The translations under genes were made by a program, and so were the position numbers. A stretch of DNA of 61,088 nt, the filler included, from Sphacelaria rigidula (taxonomy: Eukaryota): the NCBI GenBank assembly GCA_964200075.2. It is 8 parts of 8 records of this genome, joined end to end, with 100 filler letters (N's around TTAATTAATTAA, not from the genome) between each part and the next. Parts side by side here need not be neighbours in the genome. Positions count along the whole stretch, not along the records: positions 1 to 7,549 come from CAXNAA020014383.1; positions 7,650 to 15,198 come from CAXNAA020014384.1; 6 more parts are not named here. One strand, 5' to 3'. Of the stretch, positions 1 to 12,500 are shown piece after piece. The first letter of the stretch is position 1. Every line of letters starts with the position of its first letter. The notes beneath the pieces were generated by a model. It saw only the letters and a program-made list of their open reading frames with translations. It had not been told where the DNA came from and ran no database searches.

Positions 1-781
1 ATTCATTCACTGATTGACCGCTTTTCACTCTCAGTCGTATCATCTACTTTCAGTCTCACGAGGACACTGTTCGCAGTACTTGGCCGGCTCCTGATGCGTT
101 TTGACGGTGATGCATTGAAGAGAATGATGAGAAGAGTTTCCAGTCGAGGGGGATTGAAAACGCTGTCGGATGTTTCAACTGTCCGTAAGTATTTACTTTT
201 ACATGAGAAGAGTACATCCCCTCGATTAGAGTGTGTAACACGTGAAATCGAGACTCACAATCCCAGACTTCTGGTGAACAACCCTTTGCATGGGGCGATA
301 TCTATAGCGTGGCCCTATATCAAACGTGAAAACCCGTCAATTATCTAGCATGGCGGTCAAAACCTCTGGAGTGACGCTAAACGCCTGGGATGGGCCATCT
401 CTGCCCCATTGACAATCATCTACCCACGCCGATGACATGAAAAATAGCCGACGCATTGGCAGTGTAACCGCTGAAACGGTCGAATGTTGGCGCTCTACAA
501 AAGCAACACGTGGTGAGGTCTGCGTGCGCATGTACCATGAATTTCGGGACGTTCACGTTTTTCCGTTGTGTCCGAAGTATACCGAGAGTTTTCGGGCAAA
601 TCATGCCGTTAAGACGGTATGATCTCGGTGGACCCAAAATCAGTACCTGTGGCGGCGAGTCCTACGAGGACGCTATCTGCGCGCCCGAGGAGCACACGGG
701 ACAGTCAGCCCTGCAAAAGATCTGAGTCTCGTGCTGTACACAATCAATTCGAACGATTTCAGACACGAACGTTCATAGCTT

Positions 782-978
782 TGTAATCCGTGAAGGGACC
801 GCGTGCTCAAGAGACAGCATCGTAATTTGAACATCCTTACAGTAGAGGTCGGGGGTGAGGTTGATGACAGGGGGGTCCCTGCAGGGACTGGCCCGACTGG
901 TTCCGAAAGACGTCGATCCTCACGTTTTTTGAACTGTTACGCGGTCCTTTTGGCACGCGATCCTCTCACACATCACTG
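782..978. mobile_element. ~200-bp MITE family A, diverged copy
   Basis: Homologous to 57756-57968, 37721-37920, 32552-32760 and 31335-31524 (shared AATTTGAACATCC, GGGACTGGCCC, CGTCGATCCT); remnant terminal inverted repeats TGTAATCCGTGAAGGGACCGCGTGC / GCACGCGATCCTCTCACACATCAC. Confidence 0.75.
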
Positions 979-2334
979 CTCACCGCTGGTCAACCCTCGA
1001 GAACGGCGAGGTCCCCTTTTGAATCGGCATCAATTTTCACTTGAAAGAAGTTTCATGACCCAAATAGACTACCATTGTGGTCAAGTAGTCTACGAGTAAG
1101 GTGATCGATGACCTATCCTCGCGGTAAAAAAAAACACGGCCAAAATAATCTCAATTCTCACCAATGTATTCGTTATTCAAGAGGGATGTTTTCTTAAACG
1201 AGCCGGAAACGATGGTAGGCAATGAAGACGAGGTGCAGCAAGCCGTAACCCCAACCCAGGCAGGAGATGGTCATCGACACGAGCGTGATGAAGATTTTGA
1301 AGAACAATTTCCGGACAAGCTGGGAGCAGATGAGACTCTCAACCCCCCTGAATACCCTCACAAAGGTGTTGAGTCGGTAGCCCGTGACGACGGGAGGCGT
1401 CCTCATCAGATGCCCAGTACGGATGCGTCTCGCAGATATCGGAACGATTTTCATTGTATTGACAACTTCACGAACGTTTTCGATCAATTGGTGATACCTT
1501 TTCGGAGCGGGAAGTACATCTACTATTTCATTCTTGTTCAGATCTATCGACGAGACCGCCGGTGTCCGGCATGTGAACCGTGTAATACACGAGAAACGTG
1601 CTTTTTTCATATCTTCCATACTTTAATCCCACTATCCGCCTGGCATTCGGCCCGTCATCCTCGCGTCCCCTTGGCATGCACTCGTGTTGCCTCTCCTTGT
1701 CCTTACGTGTTCGGTGTGTTGACGCGTGTAGTTCTTCTGGTTGACTATTGGGGCGTTTCTGGCTCTCGTATCACAGTTCTGCGCCCAAACTACAAGAAAA
1801 CACGGGCAGTATACAGCAGGATGCTCGCATTTGATCCGCACCCAAAAACCATCGCGCTCTCGAATACAAACTTTGCCGATCCTTTTCATTACCGGTGGTG
1901 AAGTTACCACCGTGGAACTCGGTGCACCATAATAGTATGACACAACACAGGCAGTACATGTGCACCGGACAAAATTACTGTCAGCAACCGAGTGAAAATT
2001 TGTACGCCCTCGAAACGGCTATTTCAGAGCTCAGATTCTATGCGCACATAGAATGACTGCGTTTGTGGATATGGTGCACTGAGTGCCGGTTGCCCCGGTG
2101 TGTCGGTTGGCAAACTCGAAGCCATCTGTCGGTTGGGTCGTGAACACCACGGTTCGAACGAATCATCATGAAGTCATATCACCAAATCCACGATTTCTTG
2201 GGCCTGAAGGCGTGCCTTGGCACCTTTTTTTCCAATCGGAAAAGTGCAGCCGATTTTTTTGCCGATCTGATAGGTCCAGCGCATTTATGTTCCTTGAAGC
2301 TTTGAAGGCTTCAACTCGAAATTATAGTTGACGG

Positions 2335-2770
2335 GGCGCGGAGGAGAGTGCAACGAGGTCAAAAACGATCGTCCTCGATCAAGATCATGCGGTCAGAGGG
2401 CACGAAGCAGCACTTGACGACGGTTGTTTGCGTGGCAAAGGCGGAGGATCGTTTGTTGATCGTATACACCACGTCAAGTAACACCTGTTGACAGGACGAT
2501 GCAAACATCATCCAACTCATTCTCAGCTCATGCCAACCCTGGTGTGGAGCACGTGTTGAGCACAGAGATATTTCACTTCAGTTGTTGGGTGGACTTTGTT
2601 GATTCTTGGATGGCGAAAACTTCGCATTTTCCCATGGTGAGCATCAAGGACGGAACTGCGCGGTACGGTGGGCAATCGAGTTGCGTGCACGCTGCTGAAG
2701 TCATTTTCACATCGCGTTGTAAGCAGAGAGAACTGATTGTCCAGGGCTGTTTGCACAGCAGGTTGCCCGC
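2335..2770 (+). pseudogene. Possible degenerate pogo/DDE_1-type transposase remnant
   Basis: Broken frames give KQHLTTVVCV and STEIFHFSCWVDFVD..PMVSIKDG, loosely like the T-V-V-C and W..F...P.LLI.DG motifs of DDE_1; lies inside a repeat whose ends recur elsewhere in the window. Weak, by-eye similarity. Confidence 0.3.
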
Positions 2771-3527
2771 TCCTCCTCCATATCATTCTGCACGAAACAC
2801 GCACACACGCACTTGAGGCACCCTCCTTGCAAGCAGTGCAGAAAACAGAGACCGTACTGTACACGAGTGACCCATGTACCGTTTCAAAAATTTCACTTTT
2901 TTTTTTAGCTTGAAAATCAAAACCTATCAGATCAGGATTTTGTTCCCCACATTTTTTCGATCGAAAACTCATGTGCTATGACTCGGCCGAAGCCCGATTA
3001 TGATGGGAGCCGTTCAAATTTTCTGTTGAAATTGTTTTTTCGACCCTCCTCTGTTGTTTTATCCCTCAAAAAAGGCTGGGCGGATGTTGAACGCCTCGGA
3101 ATGACTTGCCTTACTCATTGAGGCCGTTTCAGGGCAACTTTGCATTCCCGCTGACCGCACTTGTAATTTTGACCGTACACGGAGTTTTGACAACGAACGG
3201 CCAAGCGATGAAAATACAGGGGGCCTATTCATCACCTGACCGTTTTAAACTAAGAATCCGTGCGGCTAGCGGGAAATGCAAAGCCGTCGTATAATGATCT
3301 CAACGAGTAGAACGAGTCATTCAACGGCGTCAACATCCGTACAGACCTATTTTCGGGCGTGAATCGACGGAGAATGGCCCAAGATGCAACTTTCGACAGG
3401 AATTTTGAACAGTACTATCAGAGTTGGTCTAACACGGACCCTGATTGCTCAGAAGAGATGAAACACTTGACGTCTGGTGGTCGAAAGGGTATCCACGCTA
3501 CTTGTGCGCCATTCAACGTGTCAGGGT

Positions 3528-3645
3528 CGCGTGTACCTGGTTTTTCACGCTGAAAACAAAGTTTAGGGAATGATTCGTACAGTTCGAATCAGTTGGACTA
3601 GAACCAAGTAATTTCTGGACGAAGCACTGATTGGTCCGACCCTTC
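3528..3645. repeat. Dispersed repeat terminus (family B), also at 28731-28851 and 45893-46011
   Basis: Shared G(C/T)GTGTACCTGG..ACGCTGAAAA...AAGTAATTT..GACGAA..GTCC(G/T)ACCCTT; an upstream piece (TCACCAAATCCACGATT) is shared between ~2178 and ~28624. Confidence 0.75.
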
Positions 3646-4991
3646 ATGAAATCGAGTCTCCGAGCGATCGACGGGCACCACCAGACCGATATGAAAGCCA
3701 TTGAGCACCATCGCCTGAAGTACTGTGTGTGCCTGAACTACTGTCGGCTGCCTGAGTAGCTGCACACTACTTGAAGCCGGCCGGACACCCTTTCTTTCAA
3801 GTTTTCCGGAGGGGATGATGAGACAAAGTTCGAGAAGATGACGCATGGTATTACTAGGATGAAGAAACAGACTAATGAAGTCGGATTTGAGCTGTGGGTA
3901 CATGATGGCGCAGGGGACGAGACACCAACTGGTCACCGGGGGTGCTCTCAACGGTGAAATCAGAGGTGGTGGCTACTTGAGGATTTTGAAATATAGCAAA
4001 AGAGAAATTCTTTTCCGGAGAGTTGATGTTCGCACACCCCCTCTCTTGAAGTAATCGAGTGTCACAATTTGGTATCTACAGGTTTCGGCCTGATTCAAAC
4101 GCAGATTGTCATGCACCTAAATATGCGAACGCATCGACAGAACGTTGAAACAGTCACGTTTTTGTTCCCGCCCCCATGTTTTCCTCACCCGGCGATGAAA
4201 CCGCTTTATTTCAAACGCTGTCGTGAAACAAAAAGAATGAGTTGGGAATGGCCGCCCCTCACTCCGAAGCCGTGAGAAAGGAGACAGATAAATATGGATC
4301 GCCGAAGTCATCTGAAAGCCGCACCGTGGGCAAGAAGGGCTGCAGGATTTGGATTATCTTGAAATTGCGCTAATCAAATAATCATGATCCACTCTGTCTC
4401 GGGAGGTGATACTTGATGTTGATCGTATTGGGGGTATGACGGATCATGATGACAGTACACCGTGCGAAATGACGCGGAACATGAGCACATTTCCCACGTG
4501 TATCATGTGGCCGCGGCTGGATCCCTGGGGCATCAGTTGAAGTGAGACAGTCTCTCAATGAATCATTCTAGTACCGCATTGGCATTGAAAACCAACAATC
4601 GCGTGTGTTCTGCGTTAGCGGATTAGTACATGAACTGGCAAGGTTACCTTCGCTATTTCGGCGAAATCATTGGTTCGAGCAAGAGTGTCGTCATTCGCTT
4701 TATTCATGTTCAGTACGACTTTTTCACAAAAAAATCAAGATTTCTCGTGTCCGTAGCAGTCAGCAGTCAGATTCCCTGGTGCGTCTACCGACATCTGTCG
4801 ATCTCTTGGAGAGACTCTCCATCACTATGCCCGGGAAAAAATCAGTGGCGTTTTTTTGCGTCCTGTGTACCTGGTTATATCAACTTCTCGTGATTGCAAT
4901 GCTGCGCCCATGCCGTAGAGATGTTGAAGATTGCGCGTATCATAACCGCGAATCAACAAATCATCTTCGCCTCACTCTCTTTCACCATCAG

Positions 4992-5828
4992 ATTCTGTAC
5001 GTACTCGAAGGCGAAATGCGAGTAGGCTTCATGGAAGAGGCCGGCGGGGATGGGCCAGTCGTGAACGACCTGGGTGAAGGCGACGTGATGATTCTCCCGC
5101 AAGGGCTAATTCATTACGAGCAAAATCTAGGCTGCGAGCCGTCCACATTCATAGCCGCCCTGAACCACGAGGATCCAGGTACCGTGAGGATCGCCCAAAG
5201 CTTCTTCGATCTTCCGGACGAAGCGGTCGCGGTAAGTTTTTTCAACTGTGCACGCGCCCCATTACACTCTGGAGACCCTACTCGAACCCACCGCTGTTGC
5301 GACCATCGCCACATGTCAATGAGGGTCCGGTGGCTCGTCACGGTTCGTCCGATAACCCGCACAAGCATGAGACCCATTACTATTGTACCTGGCGACAGCT
5401 GGGCTGTGTGTTTCTGCTCGAATATTCCCATCTCCAGATGAGTCCAACCTCAAGTCGCTAGTGTAAGCTTTCTCGCTTGTGACCTGGCGTTCCGACCGCC
5501 TTTTGTCCGATGGGCGGCTGTGTCTGCTGGAACACGAGACCAACATTCCCTCCTTGTGCAACTTTTTCCACCTTTCTGATATGTGTTGGAGGTTTTTATA
5601 GATGCACTCTGGTCCAAGTATAATGACTTGCAGGGAGTATGGGTGTCCCAAATTGGTAACACTAGCGTGCTGATGATCGAAATCGATGTTCGTCCGTGAC
5701 TTTTTCGTCTTACCCAACAGGCCCAAATCTTCTTCGACGAAGACGAAATCAAGCATTTCAGATTTGGCTTGCCGCTGGCGCCCACGTTGGCACGCCAGAG
5801 ATGTCTGAAGATGTGCGGTGGGGCGTGA
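4992..5828 (+). CDS. Germin/spherulin-like RmlC cupin protein, 3' exons only (4992-5231, 5721-5828)
   Basis: Exon bounded by CAG|...|GTAAGT encodes ILYVLEGEMRVGFMEE...GDVMILPQGLIHYEQN (exact cupin motif 2, G-x5-P-x-G-x2-H-x3-N)...AALNHEDPG; the phase-0 terminal exon after ACCCAACAG ends RCLKMCGGA*, like the C-terminal CxxxCG of spherulin-1-type cupins. The exon carrying motif 1 (HxHxxxxE) was not found in this contig. Confidence 0.85.
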
Positions 5829-7284
5829 CCTGAACATTTTGCATTGGTTTCAAGAGCGAGTGACACGGCAACTTCCATGTATTCGTTTGGCCATCCCGCA
5901 AGTAGATGTAGGACTAGATGTACATGTCGTGCCTTGCGCATGGTTCAAGTAACCCAAACGCTGTTTACCTTACAGCCTTCAGTACGTGACGTACTAGTTG
6001 AGCTTTTTTGTCGTTGTGCCAATATTTTATCCTGGTGTCGAGATGGAGGCACTTTTTACGTGTGTCACTCATGGCGCCCACATCGTGCAGAGAGGAGCTT
6101 CCCCAACCTCCATGTGGAGTGCGTTGTCTTGACCAATGTGCATACCCGTGTGTGTATATCTAAATATAAATGCGCGTTTGTTATCGTGAAGGTCCTCGCT
6201 CCGCTCCCTGGCGTGCGACTTTTTGAACTCGAGCGTACGCTCAGGTGTGAAGAGCGTGAGGCAAAGTCACGATCGTATTGCTTTCTGTGCTCTGGAGTTG
6301 GAAATGATCGTGGCGTGTGCACTGGAGTTGGAAATGAGATCCCCGGACGGGACATGAACCGGTTTGGGTGTAGCACATGTAGTTGCTGAGATCACTTGCG
6401 TGAGTGCGTGTACTGGGGTTACACCGTGAGCGGTAAGGCACTGTTCCTTGAGGCAAAGCAACGCTGCGATCTCCTGGTGGGTCTTCGTGTGCCTTCATCA
6501 GTTCGTTTGTTTGAGCTATGATTCACCTGCACGCTTGGCAGCAGCACACTTGGTTGCACGATATGCCATTTATAAGTAGCGTAGGGTCTTGATTGAAAAT
6601 GCTTACAATAGCAGATATTCGGCGTGTATTTGCTCATTTCAACCCAGTGACGGGTCGAGTGCTCGATCTCCGACATTCAGCGGTACGAAAACACTTGCTT
6701 GGCCCGTGAACGAGAAGGCATGCCGTTGAGTATGGCCCAGCGTTAATGGAGGTATGAAGAGGCGACGAAGGGAATGTCGTGGGTGGCGACCCGGTCTTGG
6801 GGAGTAGTTTGTGCCGACTGCAGAGGTTGATGAAATCATCAAAGTAGCATGAGTCATTTTGAAGTCTGTTGCTATACCTGGAGCACACATGTACCGTACG
6901 AGCTGAGCCGGCAGTAGATCCCACATTCTCTCTCTGCACTACAACTTCTCGAGTGTCCTAAATCAGCGTGACTCGAGCGTACCGCTGTAAACTGGTCAAC
7001 CTTGTAAAACACGGTACCCCCGCTGCTCGATTGAAGCAGTTTTGGCGATGATGTTATCGAGAGTACCGGGTACGTCTGTTGCCGAATGCACGGTTGAAAC
7101 CCGTGCAGGCTTGATACTCACGACGGCAATGTTTGTGACACTCGAAGACACCTCTTGAAATCATGGAAAATACATGTATTTTGTCTGGATGAGGAAATCA
7201 AATCCGGCCGTACCCGTCAAAACCCGATCAATCAATTCACTGCTGAATTGGTTTTTGTCATCATGATATCGTATCTCTTCTCTC

Positions 7285-7335
7285 AACAGCCAATCATCTA
7301 TGTTGAGGATGGTACTTGAATATTGAGGATGAACG
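7285..7335 (+). repeat. High-copy repeat head (family C), also at 15033, 38076 and 61011
   Basis: AACAGCC(A/G)ATCATCT(A/G)TGTTGAGGATG in four contigs, each within 270 bp of the contig end. Confidence 0.8.
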
Positions 7336-7549
7336 ACACGTGAAATTGTATCCTGGAGGTGCAAAAGTATTTTCCCTCGGAAATGATTTTGTAGTTGAAG
7401 GGAGCACCACGGCAATATATTTTTCCGGTGTGCCGTCGAGAACGATGCCCGGTGTGTCGTCGAGGATGATGCCGTGACGAGCACCCATCTGTGTGCGTGA
7501 ATAATGCGAGCAACAGCAACAATAACTATGATGAGCGCAGATGCTTTTT

Positions 7550-7649
7550 NNNNNNNNNNNNNNNNNNNNNNNNNNNNNNNNNNNNNNNNNNNNTTAATTA
7601 ATTAANNNNNNNNNNNNNNNNNNNNNNNNNNNNNNNNNNNNNNNNNNNN
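7550..7649. other. Artificial contig linker; identical linkers at 15199-15298, 22848-22947, 30497-30596, 38145-38244, 45793-45892 and 53441-53540
   Basis: 100-bp N44-TTAATTAATTAA-N44 spacer carrying stop codons in all six frames. Confidence 0.97.
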
Positions 7650-8629
7650 CTTTCTGGCCCCCGGTGGGTTGGTGGCCTCCGTACGTGTCGTCCGACCCCC
7701 CCGCCCCCCTTCCCCCCTTCCCCCCTTCCCCCCTTGAAAAAAGCCGCCGTCAGATGTCCGAACATACTCTCCGGCCCGCCGTTCACGTATGGCTCTCCCC
7801 CGAGAGTTGTCCCGGCGTCCCCTGACGCTTGTTGGTCGCCCACGAGATGCACGGGAAGTGAGCCACCACTACAAAAACTGCCATCGCGCAAGCCGAGCTC
7901 CGTTTCCGTCGGTAATCCCCCCAGCCTCATAAGCCGTACCTGTCGCGCCAAGCCCCCCCCTCCTGAACTAAGGACGGCTTCTGTCCTTACTCTCTCCATC
8001 GGTCTCTTACCCGAGCTCATCTCGAAGAGTCACCGGTGATCCTCCGACAAAACGCTCGCGTGCGTCGACTGGGAGAGTATGAAGGAGCGCTTTGTAGCCA
8101 AGTTCACAAGAGGTGCTGGGCGAAACAGGGCGGCTCACCAGACGGGAGTTTGCCGGCCGAGTCCTTCGCTTGACCTTGGCAGTGTGCGCTTCCGGTTCAT
8201 TTATCTCAGTGAACCTGAAGTCGGGAGGGAAATATGGGACGATGCCGCACCCTGAACAACTGATGACGTCTGTCACGAAGTGTGCTGTGAACAAAATGGA
8301 ATCTTTTGCCTAGTGAAATGGACGTACCAGTCGAAATCGCACGCAGCGCACTTGTCAACAAATTGAAAACCATTGTGCAGGGTGTGGAAGTCACCCACGA
8401 CGTGAACGGTGCAGCAGTAGAGAGACTCTGGCGTTGAGCGCCCCCCGATTCTATGGCAAGCGTGGGAGTAATATCTGTTGCCTGACTCAACACCTTTTAC
8501 CTTAGGAATATTGGCCTGATGATGATTCTACGGTTGTGGCCGGTAGGTTCAATACCCGGATGTACACTCCCGAATCTTGTGTTGGGATGGTGCGACCTCC
8601 AAATTTCACTCGAATATCTGGGCACTGCC

Positions 8630-8930
8630 GAGTATTTGGAGTACCAGTACTGAAATACGTGAGTGTGGAGACTACCTTACGCAATACCTCCTTGGAAAAA
8701 ATTCCCAGTGTAACGCGAAATATGACCGTGTGTTTTGCTTCATCTCTACCTTCAATTGGGCGCACGAACCACGACTTTTGAGTATTTGGAGTACCACTAT
8801 CAAATTAGGTGAGAGTGAAGAATACCTCACGCAATACATCCTTGGAGAAATTCTCAGGGCAGCGGGAAATATGATCCCGGGTTTGGCCTCATCTATGCCT
8901 TTCATCGGGCGTATGAATCATGAGTGCCTG
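8630..8930. repeat. Degenerate tandem duplication, period 150 bp
   Basis: GAGTATTTGGAGTACCA at 8630 and 8780; ACGCAATAC(C/A)TCCTTGGA and GAAATATGA recur in both units. Confidence 0.8.
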
Positions 8931-9505
8931 GGCGTTTGCTGACTGTGTGCAATAGTGCCTGGTAACAGGACTGGATTAGTGTCGGGTGTCACGTCGGAGT
9001 GTGGTGTTACTTGGTCGTACCCGACCCACTCCGGTTTCTCACGTATTGGTGCAAACTCTGAAGACATGCAAATTCATGGTCGTGTTGTTGACTGCTGGTG
9101 TTGCGAGCGTCCGTACTGTCCCAACATGTCATCCTTGAGCACTGACAACAGTGGCTCTCGATACATCTAGTCGATGATCTCCCCTGTTTTTAAGTAGAAC
9201 GGAATATAGAGCCCCATGCGCTTCTTTGGTAAAAATTGATACGCTTGAGTCGAGAATGGCGCCGCTCGCTCAGGGACCCGCTTGGTCGAATTCGCCTCAG
9301 AATTCACATTAAAAGGCTGACGGGTGCCCTGATTACCAACCTCTCCCGCCCCCTCCCCCTCTTCTCCCTCGATGTGCACCTCCGTTCTCTCTTCCAACCG
9401 TCCCGGACGCTCTTGAATCTTATACTGGCCCGACTGAATACTCTATGGATGTGGGAATGGCCTTATATCCCCGGTTATGATGCCGCGGTCTGTGCGGTGG
9501 AATAG

Positions 9506-12500
9506 ATGGGGCGCATGCACAGCGGTGGAAAGGGTATTGCCAAGAGCTCTCTTCCATACAAGCGTAGCCCGCCCTCGTGGCTGAAGATCTCGGCAGCCGA
9601 AGTGACGGACCATGTGTGCAAGCTGGCTAAGAAGGGTCTCACCCCTTCCCAGGCAAGTAGAGCTATTGGTAGATTTTGAGGTTGTGTTGCTAGGGTGCAT
9701 ACCTGAGTATTTACTCTCCCGAATTTGTGTTTCAATGATCCGATCTTGAGATCCTTCTGAAATACGCGATGCTCGGAAATTGTACCAGTCTTGACTGTCA
9801 TCGTCATGAGGGGTTATGAAATTCTTGGATGATGGTTCCGAGCTATTTTTCACCGCTATACGCTATACATGCTGCATGCGGCCTGTGGAAATGGTCTTGA
9901 AAAAAATTAACTCAATTTTAGCCTTCTGAAGCCAAATTGCCCTAAAAAAGTGCCTCCGGTATAGTGGGGGGGGGGGGGGGGGAGGGGGGGTTTTGGGGCC
10001 CGCCCCCCCCCCCCCGGGGGAGGACGGGAAAGGAACCCGCCTAANNNNNNNNNNCACTATTTGGGGGATCCGAACCTGAACTGTATTCGATGAGCCGCTG
10101 TGTGAGGCGGGGGGGGGGGCGGGAGCAGGGAGGCTTTGTGGCCCGCGCCTCTCCGCTCGGTGACTAAACCATCATGTACCTCCCAACTGGTGGATCGTTG
10201 GACAAACCACTTATGAGCCCAAATATCTAGGTATTTCGTAGCACGATCTCATCTCTTGACCAGAGGTTTGAGTACACAAGGGACGTATTTCCAAAATATC
10301 TCAATGTTGAAAATACCGTGCTACTCTTGCCTGACTTTCCCGGCGACTGAACGAGGAACATCAATTGCCCGTAATTATACTGTTTTCGCGTCTAGGACAA
10401 CGCATGCACACCAATTGTGGTTTGATTGATGATATCACATTAGGTGACTGCAACAATCCAGCCTGTGGTCGGAGGTGTGATTTATTCGTGAAAAAACTGC
10501 GTGTCGGAGACAAACCAGAGGAAGATTCCTGGATGAGACGAGAGGGATCGAGAAAAAAAAGCCAGCGAATTGACAGAAGTAATGCTAGCCGGGCCAGCCG
10601 AGAAGCGAAATTGTAGTTCGCAAGCCCATTCACCAGCCAATATTTGGAATTCATGCACAATGAACGGGGCATGATGGAGACGAATACCAGTGTACACGAG
10701 TTTTTTTTTTCACAAGTTGGAGGTATATTACTGATACTTAAAGACTGCTCATAATAATCAACTCATGAACAAGAACTCTGTGCACTGGTACTTATTCTTC
10801 ATTATGCCCTATTCATTGTCCATACCAAGTTTTAGAGTTCAACTCTGAACATTATCCGGTGAACGAGACGTTCAGTTACGGATTCGGAAGATATTCGGAA
10901 CCGTATTTTGCAGGCCGCTTATCGGCCCACGTTTGGTGTTTTGTATCGAAACTTCGTGTGGGCCGTGATTACGGTATACTAGACGGAACCAAGTGGGTCA
11001 GGTTGATTTTTCTCATTTTTCACTGGCCCAGGGCGCTCTAGTATGGAAATCGCCATTTTTTTGAGAACGCTGGAACTTCTTCCCTCAAAAAGAGGGCGCA
11101 TTTTTTTCATTTTTCAGCATATCTCAAGGACTCGGATGAGACTCGAGAGCAGTGTTCATTCCCCATCGAAACCGCCTCGAAACCCGGGAAAAAACGAAGA
11201 ACAAAGGTATGAAAGCCCGATTTTTCAACCCCATCGTGCACTAGCTGTTCTCGATGGAAATTTTCACAGTAGAACTCTCGTGAACTGATATGTGATATCC
11301 AGGTATCCAGGTTTGGCTAATCTCATGCCTCTGCCCGTAACATTCTGGTTTTATAACGGAAAATTACCTTCGCCACATCTCGAGATGGATGACGAATTAC
11401 CTGAAGGTGAAGATCTACATCGTCTCCCCGTGCTCCATGGGATGTCCACACCGAAAATCGTCGCCATCCGCTGAATGCATCGACATGAGGTTTTATCAAC
11501 GAGAAAATGAGGGCCCACAGTTTTGACCAGATGAGCACTTGATTTGATGATGGATGCAAAATGCGGATCATTGCCCAACTCAGTTGGTGACGGCGAGACA
11601 TCGCTTCGAGAACTTCGAGGGTAGATCGAGTAAAGTATACTCAAGACTCGGTATTTTTGAAGAGTCATAATTTTAGTACTCAGAACTTGAGAAAAGTATT
11701 GAAGGTCGTACTCAACACACTCGAAATTTTAGGAGAGTGTTGGGGTCATACTCAAGTCATACTCTATACTCGAGTAATACTGAGGGTCCTTACGCGATCT
11801 TTGGGATGGGACGCTGAGGCCGTACTCGACCTACTGAAACGTCGAGTAGAGTAAATACTCGAGTATTTTCCTCGAGTTCTCAAGTACATCCTCTACTCGA
11901 CCTACCCTTGAAAAAATGGGCATTTCCATTCCTAACCTGCCGGTGAGATGGGGCGCTGGGGCAGGTTGGTGCATTCACCTGCACGTTTTAAATAATATTC
12001 TTTCATGGCCATCATTCGCTCGTACTCCTTGTTGGCTGTAAGGTGAAGCCACCCATCTAATTGATGGCCATCGTTCGCCCATGTATTCAATATATTCCTC
12101 TCCTTGCTCACCTTGATACTCTCCGTGACGTACTGCACGCCTCCGCATTTTGCCGCGCCAGATCGGTGTGATTCTCCGTGACTCGAACGGTATCGCCCAG
12201 GTCCGTGCCATCACGGGCTCGAAGATCCTCCGCTTGCTCAAGACCCACGGTGAGCCCCGACTACATATTTCGCTGTCGTTTGCCACGGTACCGGGGTAAA
12301 TATGGGTGGATCCCCTGAGACTACAGGCTCACCCAGAGGAAGTGAAAGGATGAAGCGAGACGAATGGATGAAGGAAACACCGACTGATTCACGGAAAACC
12401 CCGAGAACACTCATCGGCAAATCTTCGCGCCATTTCAAGAAATTGGACCCTAGAATTTTGCGCAGGTGTTGTATGGATCATGACGCAAGGTTTCAAGGTC

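Noticed and set aside
1164-1901. Overlapping 245-aa (+) and 141-aa (-) ORFs
   Set aside because: No recognisable motif or splice context, so neither can be supported as coding.
4605-5441. 278-aa ORF as a single-exon cupin gene
   Set aside because: Only 4992-5231 is cupin-like and it is bounded by splice sites; the remainder is intron read-through.
7594-7605. Regularly spaced TTAATTAATTAA palindromes
   Set aside because: Embedded in Ns; an artificial six-frame stop linker.
7650-8020. Minus-strand ORF MSSGKRPM..., divergent from RPS13
   Set aside because: Could be a first exon, but it has no domain signal and runs into G-runs and the contig end.
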